Part shown: positions 10,033 through 19,155 of the stretch, piece by piece
Layout of the letters: the number at the start of each line of letters is the position of its first letter
Numbering within the stretch: the stretch's first letter is position 1
NCBI GenBank assembly: GCA_030916945.1
Contig: JAUPVS010000002.1
Span: 10,688 to 74,687, forward strand
Origin: Patescibacteria group bacterium
Lineage (GTDB): Bacteria; Patescibacteriota; Saccharimonadia; Saccharimonadales; JAUPVS01
Length of the DNA: 64,000 nt
Direction of reading: 5' to 3'
The notes under the pieces: model-generated
What the model saw: only the letters and a program-made list of their open reading frames with translations
The model's database searches: none
What the model was told of the DNA's origin: nothing
Position numbers and translations under genes: made by a program

Positions 10033-11943
10033 CTATACCTGTGGTGGCATCAGAGGTGGTGGGACTGGTGGTGGCGCACCTGGTGTGCTGTCACCGGCCG
10101 TCCGATCAACTGGCTGGGATGGTGGCAATAAACTAGGTGGGATGTCGGTTGAAGGAGACAGATTTGGGTTCACACCATTCATATCGGCCGGGGCGCCAAA
10201 AGGCGTTGTCGTGCTAGGCTGGGTCGGTGTTGGCAACGGTACTCCCGCAGGGGTTGGCGTTGGTGGCAGACCTGGGTTGGGCGCGAATGGTTCTGGACTT
10301 GGCGGCGAAGTTGGTGCCGGTGTTGGCGCAAACGCTGGGTTTGGCGGCGTTGTGGCCGGCGCGGCATAGTTATTGCCCAAATTCAGGTTAACTGGCTGAG
10401 CGCCGAGGGCTTCGATGGGAGCCAGTGGTTGGCTAGGCGCTTCTGAAGCGATGGCCACATCAACTGCTTCTCGGGCATCGTCAATAACTTCTTCTTTGGT
10501 TTCGACGTCCGGCACAGCTGCGTTACCAGCTGCTGGGGCGGCGTGAGGGCTACCAACCGATGATTCAAGATTACTAAGAGTCGGTAATGGGTTGGACTGC
10601 TGGATAGGCGTTCCAGCCATGTTGCTCGGCCTATTTAACAGTGGTGGCAATGGGTTATTATCAACTGCCGGGAGGCTCAACGGATCGGTCGAGGGCTCTT
10701 TTTGCAGATGTTCAGGCTGACTGTTGGCCGTGAACTGACCACCCATCACAGGCGGCTGCAGAGCCATTGTATTAGGATTTGAGCCCAAGTCGGACGGCGC
10801 CAAGCGCGGTGTGCGATCGTTGGCTTTGCTAATTGCCGAGTGTGATATTAGCGGAGACTGCGCCTGGTCTACCGGCTTTGCCCCTTCTTCGAGCGGCTGC
10901 ACCGGTGTTGCCAAAGGCTCCGAATCAAGTGGCTTACCCAACATCCCCGAGGCGTTCACATCGAGTGGCTCAGATTCTTCGGGAGTTTCGGTTTCTTTAG
11001 GGGATTCTTCTGCTGCAACCTCTTCTGAAACGTCTTCAGAAACTTCTTCCTTGTCGTCTTCACTGCCCTGATGTTCTATCTGTAATTCGCCAGTGGCAAC
11101 TTTTTCGGGAGTTGGCTCATCGCTTTCGGTTACGGGGGCTGGTTTTTCGTTAGCAACTTCGAGTTTGCTGGCAATCAGTTGCTGGTTAGCGCCGACACTC
11201 ATAAGCTCGGCTGACAAAGTCATGGTACGAGGGCTGGTCTTGGCATTGCTAAAGCGATCGGTTTCGGCCACGATTCCAGTCATAAAGGCGGTAGCCATCT
11301 GGGCATCGAGTGGGTTGGGCGAAAGACCTTTAGCCAGCTCTACCAACATTTCTGACAAGCTACTGGCCGTTATATCGATCCAGTTAATCGCTCCGAGTTC
11401 GCCCTGGTCTTTGTTATTAACAGAGATGACGGTGGCATCGTGCAGAATCCGGCCATGGGCTGTAATCGCCTGGTCAAGCTCGGTGCGTTCATGCACGCCC
11501 AGCGCCACAACGGCATCGACATTAAAGTCACCCTGACTAAAGTCGAGGTCTTTGTCGCTCAAGCTGGTGCGGTAAGGCGTAATAAAGATCTTAACAACCT
11601 TGTCTTCTACCTTATAGCGCAGCTTATCAGCCTTGGCTTTATCTAAAGCAATAATGAAGTCGCGCAAGCTGTCGGTGTTCTTTTCGATGGTATCGTCGGG
11701 TTTTAAGAACTCGATAGTAGAAGGAATGGTGCCACTAAAAACAGCCGTACCGTGCTTGCCGAGATGGTTCAATAACAGAGTAAAACCGATACAAGCCGCT
11801 AGCTGGTCAACCGATGGGTTGTTACTAACTGTAACCAGTACATTATTTGCCTCTTTAAGGCGTTCAATGATTTGTTGTCGGGCGTTTTGGTCCATAAATG
11901 GTTTTTTATTTTTAGATAACTCTGTTGAAAATCGTATCATCAA
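10033..11943 (-). CDS. NrnA-like DHH-family domain protein with degenerate catalytic motifs and ~370-aa Pro/Thr/Ala-rich C-terminal tail
   Basis: The N-terminal ~260 aa align by eye to B. subtilis NrnA (DITASSLSEMLVEL and GIVAETDRF blocks are conserved). The metal-binding motifs are replaced: DPD by SVD and DHH by VHE. No DHHA1/GGGH domain is present. The rest is low-complexity proline-rich sequence. Confidence 0.7.
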   Translation of the reverse strand: MMIRFSTELSKNKKPFMDQNARQQIIERLKEANNVLVTVSNNPSVDQLAACIGFTLLLNHLGKHGTAVFSGTIPSTIEFLKPDDTIEKNTDSLRDFIIALDKAKADKLRYKVEDKVVKIFITPYRTSLSDKDLDFSQGDFNVDAVVALGVHERTELDQAITAHGRILHDATVISVNNKDQGELGAINWIDITASSLSEMLVELAKGLSPNPLDAQMATAFMTGIVAETDRFSNAKTSPRTMTLSAELMSVGANQQLIASKLEVANEKPAPVTESDEPTPEKVATGELQIEHQGSEDDKEEVSEDVSEEVAAEESPKETETPEESEPLDVNASGMLGKPLDSEPLATPVQPLEEGAKPVDQAQSPLISHSAISKANDRTPRLAPSDLGSNPNTMALQPPVMGGQFTANSQPEHLQKEPSTDPLSLPAVDNNPLPPLLNRPSNMAGTPIQQSNPLPTLSNLESSVGSPHAAPAAGNAAVPDVETKEEVIDDAREAVDVAIASEAPSQPLAPIEALGAQPVNLNLGNNYAAPATTPPNPAFAPTPAPTSPPSPEPFAPNPGLPPTPTPAGVPLPTPTQPSTTTPFGAPADMNGVNPNLSPSTDIPPSLLPPSQPVDRTAGDSTPGAPPPVPPPLMPPQV

Positions 11944-11967
11944 CGGTTATGTTTGTCTACTCTTTTC

Positions 11968-11996
11968 TTTACAAAGAGGTCGACCCCTGGTATAGT
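11968..11996 (+). promoter_or_regulatory. sigma70-type promoter for rpsT (TTTACA-N17-TATAGT)
   Basis: TTTACAaagaggtcgacccctggTATAGT lies about 40 nt upstream of the rpsT start, with an AGGA RBS before the ATG. Confidence 0.4.
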
Positions 11997-12035
11997 GGTC
12001 ATGATTAGAAAACAATCTAAGGTGTAAGGATAGAC

Positions 12036-12401
12036 ATGCCCATTATTAAGTCAGCTAAAAAGCGCGTTCGCGTTGCCAGTAAAGCAACCGCTCGCAATAC
12101 TAAAACTAAACGTAACTTTCGTACTGCCATTAAGGACTTTCAGGCCGCTTTGACCTCTGGTAAAGACGTCAGCAAAAAGCAGAGCCAGGCCCAAAGTAGC
12201 ATCGATACCGCCGTTAAAAAAGGCGTCATGCACAAGAACAAGGCTGCTCGCAAGAAAAGCCAGCTCGCCAAGGCCGCTAAAGCTTCTGGTGCCAAGCCAG
12301 TCGCCAAGAAGGCAGCCGCCAAAGCCCCTGCTAAAAAGGCCGCTCCCAAAAAACCAGTAGCTAAGAAACCAGCTGCTAAAAAGCCTGCTACAAAGAAATA
12401 A
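12036..12401 (+). CDS. rpsT: 30S ribosomal protein S20 with Lys/Ala-rich histone-H1-like C-terminal extension
   Basis: N-terminus MPIIKSAKKRVRVASKATARNTKTKRNFRTAIK is the classic S20 start. The last ~40 aa are AKKAAAKAPAKKAAPKKPVAKKPAAKKPATKK. Confidence 0.85.
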   Translation: MPIIKSAKKRVRVASKATARNTKTKRNFRTAIKDFQAALTSGKDVSKKQSQAQSSIDTAVKKGVMHKNKAARKKSQLAKAAKASGAKPVAKKAAAKAPAKKAAPKKPVAKKPAAKKPATKK

Positions 12402-13710
12402 GCTCTCCGGCGGCCGGCGATAAGCTTGGCTCCACGCCTAGTAAACGACTACGAGTTTGCGGGTCTTTCCATTCTGCCAGAACGATACGGGCAGCTTCTT
12501 CACGATTACGCGATCGCTTATCAAGATCTTCAGAGCCTTGCAGGCCAGCCTCGACCTCATTGAGTCTAGTCGCCACCAGCTCAAACACATCCGGGCGACC
12601 ATAGAGGCTGATAAGGCGGTTTTCTACCTCAGACTGAGTTTGCAGCCTGTTTTCTTCCCCTTGGGCACTATATGCTCTGGATACGACCTGCAGTGGCAGG
12701 TATTCGTAGTTCAACCATCCTATATCACCCTCCAGTAACTCTTCTTGGAAAGGATGTTGGACGGCTTCGAACAACTGACGGTAGCCGGTGTAGACTCCCC
12801 AGTCACCATGTCGTTGCTCTGGGTCAACGACTTCCCATTGCCCATGGTGAAAAACCTGATGAAAGTGCTCGGCCATGACCTCATCTACCCATGTTGGCCC
12901 AAATCTAAAAAATAGATGATTCAGTTCGTGCCCTGTAGTGTTTTCTATGGCCTCCTGCAGGGTTGTCCTTTCGTCAGTTGGCTCAACAATAAAGGCCGCC
13001 AATGTGGCATGTTCGCTGTTGGTAAGGTTCTTTACGGCTTGCACACCGGCGTATCCGGTTACGTGACCCAAAGCCGTAGCATCCCAAAAATCGGTAATTA
13101 TTACCTTGGCATTATTGGTTTGGCTAATCACATCAGCGGCTGATGGATCAAAGTAGTCTTTGTCTATGGCCAACTGAATGCCCGAATTGAAAAGATATTT
13201 TTCGTAATCGATAGCATCGGTGACGTCCTCGTACTGCTGCAGGGCATCGAACCTACTAGCGTGCCACTGGCAGAAGTTTAGTACTTGTTCTTCGTTTGCA
13301 TCTTCGGCTAACCATTCTAGCCATGTGCCCTCTCTTGCGTTTTGCTCAGGAGCGATGTCTCGAAAGAATTGAGGTAAATGCATGTCTATCACACGGTTCA
13401 TGATGCTTGTAAACTTCGGGGAGAAGTCTTTTATATTCTGCTGCAGCGCTTGGCTTTGGACTCCTCTAGTCCACAATAGTTGGGAGGCCTTGGCGTCCAT
13501 GATCTCACTCTTTTTTGCAAAGTGTGGGTAGTAATCGGCAACATCTCGCCAGTCGTCGGCGCGTAGTAGATTACCAACCCTGGCTTCTTCGGTAAGCACT
13601 AAGTTGCGACCGAACAAGTCGCGCGCCATCCATGGATGATCTTGGTCAGAAATAAATAGCGGCTCAGGGGGTAAATTAAACTGGGGGTGTTGTTCAGCCG
13701 GCCTACTCAT
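12388..13710 (-). CDS. hypothetical protein with HExxH (HELNH) zinc-metallopeptidase-like motif
   Basis: 440-aa soluble protein. TGHELNHLFF and a second His-rich segment (EHFHQVFHHGQ) suggest a zincin-like fold. No signal peptide. Confidence 0.45.
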   Translation of the reverse strand: MSRPAEQHPQFNLPPEPLFISDQDHPWMARDLFGRNLVLTEEARVGNLLRADDWRDVADYYPHFAKKSEIMDAKASQLLWTRGVQSQALQQNIKDFSPKFTSIMNRVIDMHLPQFFRDIAPEQNAREGTWLEWLAEDANEEQVLNFCQWHASRFDALQQYEDVTDAIDYEKYLFNSGIQLAIDKDYFDPSAADVISQTNNAKVIITDFWDATALGHVTGYAGVQAVKNLTNSEHATLAAFIVEPTDERTTLQEAIENTTGHELNHLFFRFGPTWVDEVMAEHFHQVFHHGQWEVVDPEQRHGDWGVYTGYRQLFEAVQHPFQEELLEGDIGWLNYEYLPLQVVSRAYSAQGEENRLQTQSEVENRLISLYGRPDVFELVATRLNEVEAGLQGSEDLDKRSRNREEAARIVLAEWKDPQTRSRLLGVEPSLSPAAGELISL

Positions 13711-13750
13711 ATGATTTGGCTATTCTACAACTATACCTGCCTTTTCGCAA

Positions 13751-14668
13751 CTAGTGTAACGACGTCAGGAACGTCATCATGGCCTCGTCGCCATCGATTG
13801 ACTGCCGTTTGAGGCGCACATCTAACTGGGCCGCCCGGTGAATCCACTGCTTTATCTGAGTCAGGCTACTGTGTTGGGCCAGCCGCTGGGTTTTGCCAAC
13901 CACGTAAGGGCTAACTTTAGCCTGGGAGGCAATTTCGCCAGCGCTGCGACTGCCGGCGGCTTTTACCAAAGCTAATATATGTAATTGCCAGGCAAACATC
14001 CCCATTATGGCCATGGGCTCAACCTTTTGCTGACGCTGCTCTTGATACAGAGCAACGGTTTTTTGGTTATTACCAGACATGGCTGCGTCCAATAAGTCGA
14101 AGACGCTGCTCTGCGGGGTTGGTTCGGTTAAGAGATCGATTGTTTGGCGGCTGATTATCGGGTCATAGCTAAGTAGTTTACGTACCTCGCTGGCTACCAA
14201 CAGTTGATTGACGCCGACACGACGTACTAAGTACAGAGCATCTTCGCGGTTCAGCTGACCGTTGTTGGCTTTGGCCAGTTGCTGCGCCCACTGCGCTAGG
14301 CCGAGCTCGTCGAGCTCTTTGAACTCTAAAAGATCAGTATTCTTCTGCAGGTTCTTATAGAAACTAGTTCGTTTGTCGGGGGAATCTTCTACCAAAATGA
14401 GTTCGGTACTTTCGGGAACATCATGTAGAGCCTCGAGGAGTTTTTCGGCCACCAGTTTATTGCGCGATACGTTGCGCAATACAACCATTCGCTTGGCTGT
14501 TAAAAATGGTAGCGCTTGAATAGTTTCGGTAACCTTTTCGGGGGTGATGGCTTCACCGTCATAACGCTCCAAAGCCATGTCGGAAAACTCTGACACAAAG
14601 GCATTAGTCCGTCTTTTAAGCTCGGCCTTAAGTAGAAATGAGTTTGCTCCCGTTAACGTCATTGCCAT
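13751..14668 (-). CDS. holA: DNA polymerase III delta subunit (HolA-like)
   Basis: Size, position and overall similarity to HolA. The LVLRNV...LVEDSPDKRTSFYKNL region is typical. Start placed at the internal ATG (MAMTLTG) at 14668, which avoids a 62-nt overlap with fpg. The longer ORF extends to 14740. Confidence 0.5.
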   Translation of the reverse strand: MAMTLTGANSFLLKAELKRRTNAFVSEFSDMALERYDGEAITPEKVTETIQALPFLTAKRMVVLRNVSRNKLVAEKLLEALHDVPESTELILVEDSPDKRTSFYKNLQKNTDLLEFKELDELGLAQWAQQLAKANNGQLNREDALYLVRRVGVNQLLVASEVRKLLSYDPIISRQTIDLLTEPTPQSSVFDLLDAAMSGNNQKTVALYQEQRQQKVEPMAIMGMFAWQLHILALVKAAGSRSAGEIASQAKVSPYVVGKTQRLAQHSSLTQIKQWIHRAAQLDVRLKRQSIDGDEAMMTFLTSLH

Positions 14669-14678
14669 ATGTAAAGGA

Positions 14679-15560
14679 TTATACGCTACCGGGAGGTTTC
14701 TGACAGTTTGGGCAGGTATGCGTACCCCGGCCGGCGACACGCGACTTTACAATTTCGTGACCACAGCGCGGACAAGGTTGACCTTCGCGCCTAAAGACAT
14801 TGGCAAAAGTTAGGTAGCTCCCCTTTTGGCCGCTGGCATCGACATAATTCCTGTCACTGGAGCCGCCCTTATCAATACTGAGTTGCAGCACGTCTCGCAG
14901 AGCTGTATAAAGCCGGTTGAGTTTAACTGCCGAAACATCTTTGACGCGAGTGGCTGGATGAATACGGGCGCCCCACAAACCCTCGTCTGCATAAATATTA
15001 CCGATGCCGGCTACCACCGACTGGTCGAGTATGGCCGCCTTGATAGTGGTATTGGATCGACGTTGTAATCGCTCTTTAAAGTCTTGGGCCGTAAAATCGG
15101 CACTAAGCGGCTCTGGTCCGATTTTTTTGAAGAAATCAATGTTAGGAACTTCTGGAGTTGGCATTAAGCGCATCCAACCAAAACGTCGCTGATCATTAAA
15201 GAATAATTTGGCGCCATCTAGTTCCACCGTAACTCTAGTTGAGTTATCGGGTAACTTTCCCACCAAACTATCATTAGGGTGTCCGGCACCAAATCGCTGA
15301 CCACCATCGGCTCGATAAACCAGCTGACCGGTCATTTTAAGATGTACCAGCAAAGTAAAGTTAGTATCAAGTTCGAGTAATAAAACCTTCCCGCGTCTTT
15401 TGACGGCAGTGACATGACTGCCAATCATAAATTGCTGAACATCAGCCGCGGCGTTCGGGAACGAGCGATCGTAGTTACTGACGACGCCCTGGATGGTATG
15501 ACTAGGTAGCAACCGAGCCAAGCCTCGTCGGACCGTTTCTACCTCTGGTAATTCTGGCAT
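14679..15560 (-). CDS. mutM: formamidopyrimidine-DNA glycosylase (Fpg/MutM)
   Basis: N-terminal MPELPEVETVRRGL, with the catalytic Pro2 and Glu3. C-terminal zinc finger CPRCGHEIVKSRVAGRGTHTCPNCQ. Start taken at the MPELPEV methionine. Confidence 0.85.
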   Translation of the reverse strand: MPELPEVETVRRGLARLLPSHTIQGVVSNYDRSFPNAAADVQQFMIGSHVTAVKRRGKVLLLELDTNFTLLVHLKMTGQLVYRADGGQRFGAGHPNDSLVGKLPDNSTRVTVELDGAKLFFNDQRRFGWMRLMPTPEVPNIDFFKKIGPEPLSADFTAQDFKERLQRRSNTTIKAAILDQSVVAGIGNIYADEGLWGARIHPATRVKDVSAVKLNRLYTALRDVLQLSIDKGGSSDRNYVDASGQKGSYLTFANVFRREGQPCPRCGHEIVKSRVAGRGTHTCPNCQKPPGSV

Positions 15561-15828
15561 GGTTCTATTGTATACTACCTCTATGACACACGCGCTATCC
15601 GACATCCTAGCCGACCGCTTCGAAGAAGAACCCCACGAGATAGTGGTGATAAAAACTTATATCCGGGATAATTTTAACGAGACCGTAGCCGTTTCTACCC
15701 GTGGTGACCAGATTATTATCATGACGCGCTCCAGTGCCCTAGCGGGTGCCATCCGCCCCCATTTGCACAAACTAGCCAAGGTTTGCGAAACGCCTAAACG
15801 CTTGATGATTCGCGTTGGCCAGTTCTAG
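15559..15828 (+). CDS. small hypothetical protein, possibly DUF721/DciA-like
   Basis: 89-aa ORF (likely true start at MTHALSD, 15583). The C-terminal pattern ...VAVSTRGDQIIIMTRSSALAGAIRPHLHKLAKV...LMIRVG resembles the DUF721 fold-back ending. Weak call. Confidence 0.3.
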   Translation: MVLLYTTSMTHALSDILADRFEEEPHEIVVIKTYIRDNFNETVAVSTRGDQIIIMTRSSALAGAIRPHLHKLAKVCETPKRLMIRVGQF

Positions 15829-16442
15829 AATATTGCGTTATTAGAAGAAGTACCGGTAACATTGACGCCATTAGTGATGGTCGTGTAATCCGGGATCTGA
15901 GCCTTGAACAAATTATTTGTCACCGTGCTGCCGGCGTAGGTACCTTTAGTGCAAGATGCCGTCCATAGGTTCATGACATCTTTGTTATTATCGTTAATAA
16001 CATAGAATGATCGGTTACCGGTCGGGCAAATTGACTGGGTGTTAATGTTATCGCCGATGCGACGTTCCCTGGTAAATCCAGTCCGTGCCAGGGCCGCTAG
16101 GAAGTCACTGTAGGAGTTATTATCGTTGGGATAAGTTTGGCTGCGCAGAACCTGGCCCTCATACCCTGTCAGGACGTCGATGACACGAGTTGTTGGGCTG
16201 ACACGGATTGAGATAGTGCGGTGGTTTTCGAGGGCATTAATTGGACCTTGCACAGTATATTCAACCGAAGCACTGTTGTTAGTGACGTAGTCACTCAACT
16301 TAATGGCTCGGCGTCCGGCTGGGTTGTTAGGCTGACCACTATCACGATTAAAAATCACGATTCCAAAGATGATCAGTAACACCACCCCGAAAGTAATAAG
16401 AATGTATCTCATAGTGCTTGTTTTACGTACTAATAATAACAC
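15825..16442 (-). CDS. hypothetical secreted/membrane-anchored protein
   Basis: 205 aa with an N-terminal TM/signal anchor (ILITFGVVLLIIFGIVIF). Remainder is Asn/Thr/Ser-rich. Confidence 0.4.
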   Translation of the reverse strand: MLLLVRKTSTMRYILITFGVVLLIIFGIVIFNRDSGQPNNPAGRRAIKLSDYVTNNSASVEYTVQGPINALENHRTISIRVSPTTRVIDVLTGYEGQVLRSQTYPNDNNSYSDFLAALARTGFTRERRIGDNINTQSICPTGNRSFYVINDNNKDVMNLWTASCTKGTYAGSTVTNNLFKAQIPDYTTITNGVNVTGTSSNNAIF

Positions 16443-16481
16443 ATTTACTTTTTACTGGCAAGGCTGAAGGAGACCCTAAAA

Positions 16482-19130
16482 CTACAGTTCACCCCAGTTT
16501 TTACCGCTACTAACATCAACTTTTAGCTCTACTGGCAGTTTATAAATGCCCTCCATGGTGTCTTTGAGTATTTCGGCTACTCGCTTGGCTTCGGTCTGAG
16601 GGGCTTCGACCAAGATTGAGTCATGAATTTGTAGCAGTTGCTTGGCTTCTAGGTCGACCAATTTCTTATCAACTTCTATCATGGCCATCTTCATAAGATC
16701 AGCCTCAGTACCCTGTATAGGCATGTTAATGGCGGCCCGTTCAGCAGCCTGGCGAACTACAAAGTTACTCGATTTTATATCAGGCATCGGGCGGCGGCGA
16801 CCAAATAAGGTTTCGACATAGCCATCGTTGCGAGCGCGCTCTTTTAATTCGTTCATGTAGTCTAGCAACGGCTTACGTAGCTCAAAGTACTTCTTAATAA
16901 AGTCGCTGGCCTGCTCTCTGGTCATCCCGGTAGCAACGCTAAGGCCATGCGGACTCATGCCGTACATAATGCCAAAGTTAATCACCTTGGCATCGCGACG
17001 TTGGTTTTTAGTAACATCTTGCGGCTTGACGCCGTAAACCTGGGCGGCGGTGGCGGTATGGACGTCGGCGCCCTCATTAAACATCTTTATCAGCTCCTTA
17101 TCATTAGCTAGGACGGCCGCCAGGCGTAACTCAAACTGTGAATAGTCAGCGCTAACCAGCACTTTGCCCTTACCTGCCACGAAAGCAGTTCGAATGTGTT
17201 TGCCAAGTTCGGTTCTAATTGGAATGTTCTGCAAGTTGGGGTCGTTACTACTGAGCCGTCCAGTTTGGGCGACAGTCAGGTTAAAGGTGGTGTGCAGTCG
17301 TGAGTGTGCGTCAACCTGCTTGGGCAAGGTGTCGACATAGGTGCTTTTAAGCTTAGTGACCTCACGATACTGGGATATCAAGTCGATTATGGGGTGCTGG
17401 TGGCGAAGTTTATCTAGTTCATTGGAGGCCGTCGAATAGCCTGTTTTACCTTTTTTTACACCGGCCGTTGGTAGCTCGAGGTCATGAAACAGGACTTCGG
17501 CTAGCTGAGCCGGCGAACTGATATTAAACTCATGATCGGCATAGCCATAGATTTTTTGTTCAAGATCACTGATGCTGTCATTAATCTCGACCGAAAACTT
17601 ATTTAGATAGGCTGTATCCAGCTCAATACCCTCGTGTTCCATGCGCGCCAGCACTGGAATTACCGGCCACTCGATATCCTGGGCCAGCTTGGCAACCTTG
17701 GGCATGTCTTTGAGGTCTTTGACTTGTTGATCGTGGAGTCCAGAAACGATAGCAATTATTTCGTTACTGCGGGCCACAAAGTCTTCGTTAGTCAGATTAT
17801 CAAAGCCTTCTCCCTGATAGCCCAAATCGGTCTGAGCTAATTCTTGAAGCGACTGCACCCGGCGCAGGCTATTAAGTAAGAATGCGCCAATCAGAACATC
17901 GTGTCCGACCGGCGGTAATTCTAAGTTAAACTCGACGAACACTTTCAGGGTTGCTTTAACATCGTAACCAACTAGCGGTGTCTTTTTGAGCGATTCAAGT
18001 ACTCGTTTTACTTTGTCGGTACTCAGCTTTTTCAAGTCGAGCACATATACGGGAGTGCTGTTCTGCGCCAGAACAATATAAGTAGGTTCTCGACCGTGCA
18101 CACCGGCGCAACGACTATGAATAAGCAGCGGTTTTTTTAGATCTAGTTCTAGATTGCTAAGTGCCTGGTCGTTATCAACGACGACAGTTTTACCAACTTT
18201 AAGTTTAGCCGGCAGGTGCGCCGGTGTCTCCGGTTCGTCGGCCACTTTCATTACCTCGGGTAGTTGACGAACTAGGCTGCGAAATTCCAGTTTTTGGAGT
18301 AGGTCACGTACTTCTTCGGGCCTGCAGGCCGAACCATCCATCGCTTTGGTGTCGAGCTGGAGCGGCGCATCAGTCCAGATGGCGGCCAGTTGTTTGCTCA
18401 AATAGGCCGATTCTTTACCGGCTTCGAGCTTTTTACGGGTTGTTTCACGGATTAAATCGAGGTTTTCGTAGACACCATCAAGAGTTTTGAACTCTTTGAG
18501 TAAATCTAATGCCCCCTTCTCGCCAACACCCGGCACCCCTGGGATATTGTCAGATGAATCCCCTTTCAAAGACTTAAGGTCCAAAAATTGATTCACAGCA
18601 ATGCCGTACTTAGCCTCAAAACTCTTGGGTGAATACAATTCTATGTTGCTAAGGCCTTTCTTGAGTGCAAAAACGTGCACATGCGAATTAACCAGCTGCA
18701 ACATGTCCAAGTCGGAAGTAATCAGCATGGTTTCAATATCTTTTTTGGTGGCCTGAACCGCCAGTGTACCCATAATGTCGTCGGCCTCATAATCATCGAA
18801 TTCGTAAAGAGGCCAGCCAAAGGCATCGAGTAGTTCGTGCAAAATCGGGACTTGGGCATGAAAATCAGCCGGCGCTGGCTTGCGGTGAGCCTTGTACTGC
18901 GGATACAGCTCCAACCGCCGCCGAATATTGGTCTTGGGCTTATCCCAAGCTACACAGACGTAGTCTGGTTTTAACCGTCGCAACACCTCTAGCGCCATGG
19001 TTGCAAAGCCAAAAACACCACCAGTCGGCGTACCATCCTGGGTTGCCAGATTGGGCATAGCGTAGTAACCCCGGTAGAAGACCGACTTACCATCTATAAT
19101 TGCCAGTTTTTTGCGTTTTGCCTCTGCCAT
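16482..19130 (-). CDS. polA: DNA polymerase I
   Basis: 5'-3' exonuclease N-domain, a central 3'-5' exo-like domain and a family A polymerase domain. Motifs include RRxAKxxNFGxxYG-like RRDAKVINFGIMYG and the HDSILVE motif C. Confidence 0.95.
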   Translation of the reverse strand: MAEAKRKKLAIIDGKSVFYRGYYAMPNLATQDGTPTGGVFGFATMALEVLRRLKPDYVCVAWDKPKTNIRRRLELYPQYKAHRKPAPADFHAQVPILHELLDAFGWPLYEFDDYEADDIMGTLAVQATKKDIETMLITSDLDMLQLVNSHVHVFALKKGLSNIELYSPKSFEAKYGIAVNQFLDLKSLKGDSSDNIPGVPGVGEKGALDLLKEFKTLDGVYENLDLIRETTRKKLEAGKESAYLSKQLAAIWTDAPLQLDTKAMDGSACRPEEVRDLLQKLEFRSLVRQLPEVMKVADEPETPAHLPAKLKVGKTVVVDNDQALSNLELDLKKPLLIHSRCAGVHGREPTYIVLAQNSTPVYVLDLKKLSTDKVKRVLESLKKTPLVGYDVKATLKVFVEFNLELPPVGHDVLIGAFLLNSLRRVQSLQELAQTDLGYQGEGFDNLTNEDFVARSNEIIAIVSGLHDQQVKDLKDMPKVAKLAQDIEWPVIPVLARMEHEGIELDTAYLNKFSVEINDSISDLEQKIYGYADHEFNISSPAQLAEVLFHDLELPTAGVKKGKTGYSTASNELDKLRHQHPIIDLISQYREVTKLKSTYVDTLPKQVDAHSRLHTTFNLTVAQTGRLSSNDPNLQNIPIRTELGKHIRTAFVAGKGKVLVSADYSQFELRLAAVLANDKELIKMFNEGADVHTATAAQVYGVKPQDVTKNQRRDAKVINFGIMYGMSPHGLSVATGMTREQASDFIKKYFELRKPLLDYMNELKERARNDGYVETLFGRRRPMPDIKSSNFVVRQAAERAAINMPIQGTEADLMKMAMIEVDKKLVDLEAKQLLQIHDSILVEAPQTEAKRVAEILKDTMEGIYKLPVELKVDVSSGKNWGEL

Positions 19131-19155
19131 ATTGTTTAGTATACCTTAGCTATTG

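Noticed and set aside
10025-10369. 114-aa Gly-rich plus-strand ORF
   Set aside because: It is antisense to the proline-codon-rich tail of the NrnA-like gene. Its low-complexity Gly run is a mirror of CCN codons, and it has no RBS or context.
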